From the NCBI GenBank assembly GCA_964187785.1, contig OZ076409.1, positions 63,056,001 through 63,120,000 on the forward strand: 64,000 nucleotides of DNA, read 5' to 3'. The position numbers were made by a program, and so were the translations under genes. Within the stretch, counting starts at the first letter, position 1. Every line of letters starts with the position of its first letter. Positions 48,540 to 58,500 of the stretch are shown piece after piece. Under the pieces are notes generated by a model. It did no database searches and was not told where the DNA came from. It saw only the letters and a list, made by a program, of their open reading frames with translations. This stretch comes from Amphiscolops sp. MND2022. Its lineage: Eukaryota.

Positions 48540-51500
48540 ATGAACCAAGATAATGATAGAAGCAACAACGTCCCGCCGAGGTCTACAGACAACTCTCCTG
48601 CCTTGGGGCAACGCGTCTATGACACTGCGCGTGTCCAACGCACCCCACAAATTGCCTTTATTCGAGACAGACTCGACCAAGGTCTGTCGCCAGCTGCAGT
48701 GGCCGGGGTAGCAGCAATAATTGCCCAGATGGAATCACAATTGCAAGCCCCAATGCTAACGATATCAATTACCTCAGGGTTTCCTGGATTTCAACGATCC
48801 ATGACGTACCAAGATGGAGTGTGGCACGGCCATGATCTTACGCATCACTTCACAGATGATCGTGCGGCGATCTCGTATAGTCTTGCGAATGGCGGAGTCC
48901 ACCAGACTAGACCTTTACAGATCCCTTCTTGCCCGCCTCCACCTCCACCGCCACCTCCTGTACCAACACCACAAGCAGTAGTGCGCGCGCGCACTCCTGC
49001 TCCTATGGTGCCTAGCCTGCCCAATCAATCTATGGCGGAGCAAGCAGTCATTTCAGCGCTACAAGCAGTGGCTGCCAATCCCAATTACGATGACTTCATG
49101 CGATCCATGGAGCAGTGTTGGCCAGAGCTACGTCGAATTGCTCTGCCCACTGTCACTATTCGTAACGACAATGCGACTTCAACTGAAACACGTCAAGGTG
49201 TCATCACTATTCCCCACATCAATCCTCAGTCTGAACAGCCAGGACACTCCCGCACCGTGACTGTGGAACGCAGTCGTTCGCCTTCCCGCTCTTCTCAAAA
49301 GGGGGGAGGAGAGAGCCGCCCTGCCTCCAGAAAGCGCAACGACCCCTCCCCAACAAAGAAGACTCAACAACCATTGACTGCCCGTGACAGCCCCTCGAGC
49401 AAGCCACCACCCGACAAAAAGATTTCCAACGAGAAGGCCACAACCTCCAAAGCGCCAGACCAAACGAAGTCAAAAGTGTCGGAAGCATGCGTGCTTCCCT
49501 CACCCCAATCACAACCGGACGTGACAGGCGAGCAACAAGGACTGCCGCAACCACCATCCACGCAGTCTACAACACGCGAGTCGCTGGCTCAACGAGCGAC
49601 TCCTAAGCCCTCCACGTCAGGACAGCCACAATCGGAGCAAACTGTGGGTTATCAAGGCACCCCTGTATCCCAGCGAACTGTCAAGGACATAATGGGTGAT
49701 TACCCAGGGTTGAAAGTGACCAACAGTGGTCCAACTGGAACCCCACTCCGGAAACAGGCGATTCAACATCCAACTAAGAGGACCTTTACGAAACAGCCGA
49801 CGTACCTGAGCCCCATGCAGAACACAAAGGGCACATTGGTCACCAAGGATTCCCGACGTATCTGGGAATCGGCAGTTATAGTATCGCCCGAATGGCTATT
49901 TGAGAAAAACATGTGTCCTCCAAGTGACGAAGAGCACGCGAAACTGAAGAAGGCAAATGTACCCGTATTCATGAATCGTCCAATCCGCCCAGACCACACT
50001 CCTACCAATGAGCCGGCATGGCTAGGGAAGGCAATGAATATGCTGCCAAACGTGGATGACAATTACCTAGATGCCCTCAACGTTGACCTTCGTGGGCAAT
50101 TCGCCGATCGATATTTTCTCAACGCTGGAGAGACCTTTGAGATCAACCCACGGTACGCCCGTGATCTCGAAGCCCAGCTACCAATGCCAAAAGAAAGGTT
50201 GCAGCGTGCGCGCTTCGCCTTACTTATTGACTCAACATTCCTCAAGAATGTCCCCATCGACAACGTGTTGTCAGACGTGATGGTTTTTACTCTACCGCTG
50301 TCACGTATTCCCGAGATGGCCGAAGTGTTGGTCACCATGTTTGACCCTGAGATGACAGGAACCTTCAAAGAGCCACCTCCACGTAGAGTGATCATCAGCA
50401 ACGTTTTCGATCACATGGCCTGTGAAGGACTAATGGCCCAGATCGCGAACGTTGAGATTATGAATCCAAGTCCGGCTCAGCGAACAACGGTACGCAATGC
50501 AGCATTGAACATGGCCCGAGCCATGGAGAAAGCCCAAAACATCTTGAAAGACAAACTCAAGGTGCCAGCCCTGTTCGTGACACCCCCAGGTTTTTGCCAA
50601 TGGCCCCCCGCCTTGCAGAGATTCATATACATGGTGACAGAAGTTTGCAAGTGCAGAGAAATAGACTTTGCGATCTGCGCGCCCAATATGCGGATTAGCT
50701 CCAATGACTTTCGCCCCTCCTGGCTGTCCTACATGGGGTACATTGCCTCAGTGTCTAAAGTGCTACAGTCAGTAGAGAAAACAGGGAACGCGCAGCTGAC
50801 AATCGACGATGCCATTTACTTTGATCACGGCACTCGCATGGGCTTGTTGGTGTTCAACAAGGACGGAGAAAGGCGAGTCCCAGAGCCCAGTACGGCCGAA
50901 TGCGAGGCAATCCGCCTGAATAACTGGATAGAGCGCGCGCGCTCATCCGGTGGAAAGACTTGTATCAAAACCGATCTTGCAGAAGTCACTGCCACAATGA
51001 GCAAAGTCCCCAGCGACCGAGAAGTAGAACGAGCCATCCCGCGAGTTCAATTTGCCAAGGACCTCACAATCGATCAATTATCAGTGGGAATGAAGTACAT
51101 TGCTGCTAAATTGACGAGCGAAACTCAGGCTGAAATCCAAGCCTTCAGCAGCACCTACGACGCCTGGTACCAGCGGCTACAAACTACCACCGTAGCAGAC
51201 ATTGCAAAAGAGCTTGGGATGTCAACCGACCAGTTTGCCATCTGTTTGGGATTGGGTTGGAGTCCCGATGTTATTCGAGTCGAGTTCGATTTAGAGGAGA
51301 GTTGGTTGATCGAAATCAGCGAGATTATCGGTACCGTGCAGGTGAACGAACTCTTTGCACTGATGCTCACTTTCGGGCAGAAACGCTTTGTAGCTGGCCC
51401 AATGATGATATTGACTGACCTGGTTACCGAGTGTAATCTGGAATGGCTATTTTCATATCTGGTGATTGCACGAGGGAATATCTCAGGTCTAACCGCCCTA

Positions 51501-52907
51501 GCCAAGCTGTTGCAACGGAAAGACGCTCAGGATTATCCCGCTCACCTGGAGCGTATGACAACTTCATTGTATCACTGGATGTATTGCAGTCTGGTCTTTG
51601 CCTCGGGACTCTTCGTGGGGGTGGATAAGCACCAACCGTTATATGATGGACGTCAGCTAGTGACCGAGGTAGCTGGATTTTTGACACCCAACCAGCTGGC
51701 AGATTTCACTTTGGCTGAAGTCGAAGATCTTATACCGGTGTTAGCACCCGTGCTAACTCCGATATTTGGCCCAACCGGGATACTCCGATACCCCACCAAG
51801 CCTCTGAGACTGGCCTCGGAGACGTTAACGGTATCCATCCTAACTTATCTGAAGAACGTAAAACCACACAACTATCAACAGATGCTTGAACGTGGGCTGT
51901 TTCTGCTAGTACCACGTATGTATACCACAATAAAGAATGAGACACAGCAAGACGAAAACCTGGCCGGTATTCTCAAAGCCCGAACAAAGAAGGCGTGCCC
52001 TTTACCTCGCGAATACGGCCCGGTGAATTGGTATAATTCTCCCCTAGACCACCTCGGAATCCCACAGCGATTCAATTGGAGTTTCGCACACCTCAGGAAG
52101 TACGTGACCGAGTGTGTGCAAACCATGGGCGGTCACACGAATCAGGAGTACAATTTCCAAATGATTAAGCTTCCAGCCAGGTACTGGCGAGGACCCATCG
52201 GTTATATCCGGGCCAAGCCAATCAGTATGGTCGAGAAGGGCTTTGATGAGCAGTATGCCTATCGCGACCACTACAAACTTGGCGTGTGGATGTCAAGAAC
52301 CCTGGAGGAGCGCCAAGGACGCCTAAGAGGTTTAATCATCCCCCCACTGACAATGCCTTTTTGGAATCCAGAGGCGAGGGTTACTATGGGAAGCGACATG
52401 CCAGCGGAGACTTGCTACCACGTCATGGAATTGCTAAGTGATCCCCTCGGACCCGAATGGGAAGCCTCTAGGCAAATCATAGAGCATGCGAATAGGGACA
52501 ACTGGTCCAGAGCCTGCGGGCTCTGGGGCCGACCTGATCTACGCCCGAAACTCAGTGCGAAACAGAAACGACCCATTGCCACCCGCAATAGACCGCTGGA
52601 TCTACCGCACTTGTTTAATGCTAGTAGACTGGATGTACAGATCCCAATCTCCACATCAACCACAAGTTCTGCCAATGTTAGCGGCTCAGCCAATGCAGCG
52701 CAAGAACATTCGCCAGAAGCATCAACTCCGGTAGCCGCAGAAAATGGCCCTGGTGGCTCAAACACGGCTCCTAGGACCCATGAAACTGCCAGCGCAGAAC
52801 CAAAGCCAGTCCTGCGAGGAGGAAATACGCGAAGAGGATCTCTGTCTGAACTGCAACCAAAGGCAGACGTTTCCCCCAGAGCGCGTCACTCCTCTGCCAC
52901 CCAGTAA
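48540..52907 (+). CDS. Element B ORF3 (~1455 aa) of unknown function with a degenerate SGNH/GDSL-like domain
   Basis: Intact frame from 48321 to 52907 between pol and the PPT; probable start ATG 48540 (MNQDNDR), where composition changes, 10 nt after a CTCTTTCAG acceptor. Confidence 0.85.
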   Translation: MNQDNDRSNNVPPRSTDNSPALGQRVYDTARVQRTPQIAFIRDRLDQGLSPAAVAGVAAIIAQMESQLQAPMLTISITSGFPGFQRSMTYQDGVWHGHDLTHHFTDDRAAISYSLANGGVHQTRPLQIPSCPPPPPPPPPVPTPQAVVRARTPAPMVPSLPNQSMAEQAVISALQAVAANPNYDDFMRSMEQCWPELRRIALPTVTIRNDNATSTETRQGVITIPHINPQSEQPGHSRTVTVERSRSPSRSSQKGGGESRPASRKRNDPSPTKKTQQPLTARDSPSSKPPPDKKISNEKATTSKAPDQTKSKVSEACVLPSPQSQPDVTGEQQGLPQPPSTQSTTRESLAQRATPKPSTSGQPQSEQTVGYQGTPVSQRTVKDIMGDYPGLKVTNSGPTGTPLRKQAIQHPTKRTFTKQPTYLSPMQNTKGTLVTKDSRRIWESAVIVSPEWLFEKNMCPPSDEEHAKLKKANVPVFMNRPIRPDHTPTNEPAWLGKAMNMLPNVDDNYLDALNVDLRGQFADRYFLNAGETFEINPRYARDLEAQLPMPKERLQRARFALLIDSTFLKNVPIDNVLSDVMVFTLPLSRIPEMAEVLVTMFDPEMTGTFKEPPPRRVIISNVFDHMACEGLMAQIANVEIMNPSPAQRTTVRNAALNMARAMEKAQNILKDKLKVPALFVTPPGFCQWPPALQRFIYMVTEVCKCREIDFAICAPNMRISSNDFRPSWLSYMGYIASVSKVLQSVEKTGNAQLTIDDAIYFDHGTRMGLLVFNKDGERRVPEPSTAECEAIRLNNWIERARSSGGKTCIKTDLAEVTATMSKVPSDREVERAIPRVQFAKDLTIDQLSVGMKYIAAKLTSETQAEIQAFSSTYDAWYQRLQTTTVADIAKELGMSTDQFAICLGLGWSPDVIRVEFDLEESWLIEISEIIGTVQVNELFALMLTFGQKRFVAGPMMILTDLVTECNLEWLFSYLVIARGNISGLTALAKLLQRKDAQDYPAHLERMTTSLYHWMYCSLVFASGLFVGVDKHQPLYDGRQLVTEVAGFLTPNQLADFTLAEVEDLIPVLAPVLTPIFGPTGILRYPTKPLRLASETLTVSILTYLKNVKPHNYQQMLERGLFLLVPRMYTTIKNETQQDENLAGILKARTKKACPLPREYGPVNWYNSPLDHLGIPQRFNWSFAHLRKYVTECVQTMGGHTNQEYNFQMIKLPARYWRGPIGYIRAKPISMVEKGFDEQYAYRDHYKLGVWMSRTLEERQGRLRGLIIPPLTMPFWNPEARVTMGSDMPAETCYHVMELLSDPLGPEWEASRQIIEHANRDNWSRACGLWGRPDLRPKLSAKQKRPIATRNRPLDLPHLFNASRLDVQIPISTSTTSSANVSGSANAAQEHSPEASTPVAAENGPGGSNTAPRTHETASAEPKPVLRGGNTRRGSLSELQPKADVSPRARHSSATQ

Positions 52908-53880
52908 AACAGAACTAACTTTGTCGTCATTCAATTTCCAACTTCAATAGTCTTATGCTAGATAAAATTTTGCGAAATCTCATGGTTTCAATCTCTGTTG
53001 TTGCTAAGCTTCGATTATGGAAATGCCAATTGGTCATGGGTAAAAATCTCCGAGTGGAGATGAAGCCCCCGGGCTTCATCTTCCTTGTTATTCCGTTTTG
53101 GGACCGGCAACCCAACCATGAAACTGCGTTCTTGCCTTGCCTTAGTTAGATGCAATATTCAATTTGCAATTTGTGTTTGCAGTTAGTGCTTTTTCATGCT
53201 ACTTCATGCTACATGTGGATGCGCTGTGCGCACTCCGTGCTCTAAATTTTCGGTGCTATTACACCCTTTTAGTTGCTAGTTATCGTTTACACTGTTGCCA
53301 CTGTCGAAAAAGATAAAAAGAAAAGATAAAGGAAAAGGAAACAAGGAGGGAGAGATGAGAAATGAATAGAATAAAAAGATTGATGAACCTCGACCATTGT
53401 TTTTCTTGAGCTGCCTGACAGGATCGAGAGTAAGTCTCGCAAAAGAAATTTTAAATTGACCGTACTAATTAATTGATTTTATGGCAACTGCTTACCAAAA
53501 GAACTTTTATCAAACGCCAAGCAGTGCGAAGCTCCCGAGCTTCGGAGAATATGTTTCGAACAGTCATGTGATGGTCGTTGACCTTAAAACAAGTTTTAAC
53601 GCTAACGGCAAATAAAAACTTTTTTTGAATGGCCGAAAAGAAATTTTAACGCCTGAATTGCTCACGACAGGCTACAAAAAGCAATGACTTTGCCGTATAA
53701 GATTTGTGTACAAAGTTGTATTGATTTGATCAAAATGCAGCAACGCTGGGTCAAAAATACTTCCACGAGGCCAATTTGACGATGTCTCGATGAACCGCCC
53801 AGCGCTATTTGATGTGCACTCTACCTCCTCAGTGGGACACAGATGACTCTGGGTACAGACTCAATGACGCCAACCCACAC

Positions 53881-53917
53881 TTGACGGGGACGTCAAGACT
53901 AGACCCCGGGGAGTGTA
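53881..53917 (+). promoter_or_regulatory. Element B PPT region
   Basis: TTGACGGGGACGTCAA hairpin then CCCCGGGGAGTGTA immediately before the 3' LTR. Confidence 0.8.
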
Positions 53918-54652
53918 TGTAGCGACTACCTATCGAGTGCACGATTTCGAAAATTTCGATGAAAATTTCGTTCAAGGGACTATATCTCCTCTACTAAAGA
54001 GTCATATTCCGCCAGACGGCAGCGTGTCTTTACTCAAGTACCTGTCCACGGAATTGAAGAGGATTTGAGCAAGAGACTCGAAAGAGACCCCAACCGAACG
54101 AGAAGATTGCAGAAAAACACGGCCACTATCAGAAAAAGACTCAAATTTCTGCCAAAACGGACTGAACTTTGTTCTAACCAGTGCTTTCTTCAGCGAAGCG
54201 TTACAAGACGCTGTGATTACCAAAAATGAGTCAATTAGCTTGACCAAGCATCCGTGCTTGTGTCCCCGGCTAATTGCTGCCTCAAAAGTGCTAATTATGT
54301 AGTAATTTTCGTATTTTCTTGTTGTAACAGCTCGTGAGCTACTCATTTCAATCTCCTGTGTAACTTCGATAAAACTTGATTTTTCCTTTCCACCACTTGC
54401 ATTTTTTTAAAGGCTGTCTAAGTGTTGATTTCGAAGAAAAAGCGTAATGCGCACTACTGATAGCAATTACAGACTGGATCAGGCCGGCGAGCACTTCACA
54501 AGAAGCGGAATCCTCCTCTGACGGGACAGTTTTTACCCGATAGAGGCAAAATGAGCTCATGGTCATGGGCGCCTGTCCCGGGCAAATACCCATATCATGT
54601 GTTCCTCTAACTCTTATGGTTACGGCGACAATGGTGAGAGCTTGTCGTTACA
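53918..54652 (+). repeat. Element B 3' LTR
   Basis: 735-bp direct repeat of 35426-36160. Confidence 0.97.
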
Positions 54653-55106
54653 TATTTTCCGCCCCGAACTGTTCTACAACTACATAAATTTGAGGCTCAA
54701 GAATAACTAATGCACTATAAAAACGCTGAGAAGTTCGAAGAAAAGAAAGCTTCGATTCATCTTGTCCATTTTTCTAATTCGCGGTGTCTCAAAAAATGGC
54801 AAAAATTGCATAAAAATGTTTAAAAATGAGAAATTTGGGAATTTTTGTCATTTTCGGGGTCATTTTGTCATTAAGGGGTCATTTTGTCATTAAGGGGTCA
54901 TTTTCGTCATTTTCGTCATTTTTTAAAAAAACTTCAAAAATCTCTACAAATACATATCGCACGAAGCTAAATTTATGTGGGTTGAATTCTATGGGTAACA
55001 CCCTTAAATTTAAATATAAATAAAATCTTGGCAAATTTTGTAAAAAAAAAAAAACCCGTTTGATTTAAATATTTTCCTTTCCCATATGAAATATGGGCGG
55101 AAAATA
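54653..55106. repeat. Remainder of a dispersed repeat (Helentron/DINE-like) interrupted by element B
   Basis: Rejoined site reads hairpin CCCGCTGAGGAGCGGG + ATATTTTCCGCCC ... GGGCGGAAAATA; the distal half resembles 27240-27415. Confidence 0.55.
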
Positions 55107-55343
55107 AAAAGGACATATAAGTATGTCAAAAATACAGGAAGTTCTACGGTCTTCCTTGTTGATCCAAAAAGTGATGAATTTGAGAGATACTAAAGTTTAC
55201 GGCGTGATGTGCTAACTTCCACACCTTGCGTCAACAACCTGTTTGTCAACAAGAATTCATGGAGTGTCTTTGAGCGTTCTAATTCACTATGTTAACACTT
55301 GATAATACTTCACATCTTTTTCAGAAGATTGTTTAAATTTCAG

Positions 55344-55531
55344 GTGGCAGCTAACGAGAGGGGTTTCTCGTGTACCTGTTTAGCAGGGTTCTCTGGGCCC
55401 CTGTGCGAGCAGAGCAACCCCTGCGACCGAAGGCCCTGTCAGAATGGGGGCAAATGTTCCAAGCAAGACGACCAGGATCACTTCTTATGCCAATGTCCAG
55501 CTCGGTTCTACGGAAAGTTTTGCCAATATGA
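55344..55531 (+). CDS. Exon of multi-EGF-repeat protein (fourth visible exon)
   Basis: TTTCAG acceptor in phase 0; VAANERGFSCTCLAGFSGPLCEQSNPCDRRPCQNGGKC...CQCPARFYGKFCQY; donor GA|GTAAGT. Confidence 0.93.
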
Positions 55532-58500
55532 GTAAGTTGATAGTTCTTCAATTGTACTAATGCACAAAAACAAATCCTCATTAATGTTACAGAAGATTTT
55601 TTTGTTACACAAGTTATTAAGAAATGGTTAATTATATGAGTCGAAGTTTTTACCGAGAGATGCAATTTGTTGTTTAATTTGTCGAACAACTGGAACTTCA
55701 ACTGGTCATTGCTTGATCGTACATGTAATTGCTACATATCATTTAAAGCCATATTACTTACTCTTGCGGAGAAATCTATTGCGAAATTTTGGATACTGCA
55801 GTTTTTTCTTTCCGTGTCATTTTCATTCTCCACTGAAAAGATTTAAACTGTGCTTTAACTGGGATGTTGACCATAAATTAAAAAACAACGAAGTGGTTCT
55901 GACTGGGTTCTAAACAGGTTAGCTTTTTGCACGTTTTATGGCAGTCGAGTATAATAAAAGTCGTTGCGTCGTGAACAACTTCCGCGTTTATGGTGGTCAC
56001 AATCTACGCAAATCGGTGCAGGCCTTAATGCTAGTATAGTAGTGCATACCAGCTAAGAACCAAAATACCTGCTCGCTGAGAAGCTTTGAACTTCAGTCCT
56101 CACATTCACATCTTTGCCACTGACATAATAACCAAAGCACTTGATTTTTTCTTCAAAAAATTGTCATAAAAAGGGAAATAGAATGACATATTTCAGTCAA
56201 ATTATAAATGTGGTATAAAAACTATATACATTTTATTGCTATTTTGCCAAAAACAGCATCTGCAACTGTTTTCGCTATTTTGCATGTGCTGATTTCATGG
56301 AAAATTTTCTATAGTCCAACTCATTCTGTTTAAACGTTCCCCAAGTTTGTGTGATAAAGCACAGGTATGTTTCCTGAATCGAGCAATAAAATAAAACCGA
56401 GTCCTCCCGTCAATTGGTCTATGAGTATTGTGGAAGTATCCAAAATGTACAAAATGTTCACTATTCAATGTTTTAGTTAGTAGTATATATATTAATATAT
56501 TGAAACCCTTACGTAGCAAAACTGAAGATATCTTGTCTTTAATTGAAATTATGTCAAAGTGTACCCTACTCTGTTTTTTCGTTTTTTTCCACATTAAAAG
56601 AAACTGTATAGAGAATAGTGCGTGATCGTTTCTGCTGAAATTCCTAACGAAGATTGTACGTTTTCATGCTCAAACTCGGTGAACCTGTCAGTTTTAATTT
56701 TGAGTTCTCCTGAAAGCTGAAAAGATTCAATAAATAATACGCGAGTTTCTCCAAGGCAACATGGTTTGAAATTGAGTCGCAGTGCTATGCAATTTGTTCT
56801 TTTGCTGAATAATTTAATAGAAAATGAAAGATTACTTCCCTTGTCTTTTATCAAGAGTACATTTTAGAGTTGCAATGATTTTGATTTTGATTAAATTGGA
56901 CGCAAAGTCAGGCGAAACACAGGTGCGCGCATTTTTGCAATCCTAATTAACCACTAATATAGGCATTATTTATGTTGCATGCCATGAATGATTTACAATC
57001 TGTCCTGCAATGGATTCAGGATTTAATTTAGTGTCTACTAATCTCATAAAATCTGATCATACCTCCTCTGCATTTCATTCACGAGTCAAATCCAAAATTA
57101 AACCGGCATGAAAAATGTTCCATTGAAATGCATGAACAAATTTTTTGTTCATCAACCAACAACACCTCCTAGTGATTAAAATATGGAGAAAATAATTCGG
57201 AGATAATCTTTTCAAGTTATCATTTATACATAGTTCCAGGCTTTCAATTTTCATTCCATATGATTTACAGGCGTTTGTCAATATATAGTTTTTTTGTATT
57301 TTTTTCGTGAAAAGAATGGAAGTAAACAAAACAATTGAAAGTAGACAAACAGTCTGGCCGTTATCAAAAACAAGGGGCGGAAATTTGTTTACGTGTTCTT
57401 ATCAAGCCAGATTCAATTCCACCTTTGAAAAGAATGGATTACTATTTTGATAAAACAGCGGCAACGGCTCTAAATGATTTTTCAGGCAGATTTTTCCCGC
57501 AAAAATTCGCCATATCACTTGCCCTTATCGACGAGCTGCCGTTTAAGGGCTTGCTGGCTCGCTATTTACCAGCTATCTGGATGAATTCTAGTCAGCGCTG
57601 GTCTAGAAATGACAACTGGAACCTAGAAGGCCTGGATGTGACACAGACGAAAAAGCGCGGCGGGAACGCCCAAAAATTGGTGCAAGTGTATTGCACTTAA
57701 CTTTACAAATTGCGTTCATCACGCCCAAAAAGTGCCAAAGTGACAGCATCTGTCGAAATAAATTCAAAAGTGTCGTTTGCTTGATGAAATTGTGCGAATA
57801 GAGTTGTATCTAACAGGATGGTAGCGACCGAATTCGTGTACCATGTGGGAAGCTTAAGACATACTTTCACAAGCAGAATCAACAAACTGGCCCAGGTCGG
57901 CGCCCTGCTTAAGACACAAAAACGCAGAATTGCTTTTAGAAGAAGTTTCGTGCTATAAATCATGGAGGAGACATATCCATGCAACATATTCATTCAAGTA
58001 TATTAATCGTCAATCGCTGAAACTCCGCTGTAGCTTCCGTTTGAGGCACATGCTAAGTTAGACCGATATGACTTTGCAAAGTTATCTGCCTATTGTTGAT
58101 GAAAAATCGCTTCGAAGTTTGTTCTCATTCTTTCAGTATTGGAGGACTTGCTGTATTTTGCAATGTTTAGGAAGTCGAGCAAAAACTGACTTGGATTGAT
58201 GGTAATAAGCATGAAATATCCTAATTTATTTAAAGACATCCAATGATTTATGGAAAATATTCACAAATTGCCCAAAATAAAAAGAACCCCAAGAATAACA
58301 AAAATTTATGCGAACTTTTAAAATAACTTTGATAGCTTTATGCAACTTTTGTACAGTTTCCGAATCGTTTAGTGGATATAAACTACTTGAACTTTGAGAA
58401 ACTTCCGAGCAAATCAACATGCAAAATTATGCTCTAATTAACTATTATTATTATGTTCTAGTCTGTAAGAGAGTATATTGTTCTTCGATCTTTTTCTTCC

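Larger units (their letters stand above)
35426..54652 (+). mobile_element. Element B: full-length 19.2-kb Ty3/Gypsy (Metaviridae) LTR retrotransposon with three ORFs
   Basis: 735-bp LTR pair TGTAGCGAC...GTCGTTACA, PBS, PPT, and domain order PR-RT-RH-IN; flanks ATAT|TGT ... ACA|TATT. Confidence 0.98.

Noticed and set aside
24126..55531. Naming the EGF gene as Notch, Delta/Serrate, crumbs or slit
   Set aside because: Only generic EGF repeats are visible; there is no DSL, LNR, laminin-G, LRR or clear Ca-binding consensus in the window
56960..57990. SET-like (IVNHS) and tyrosine-recombinase-like hints on the minus strand
   Set aside because: Motifs are too short and frames too broken to support a call by eye
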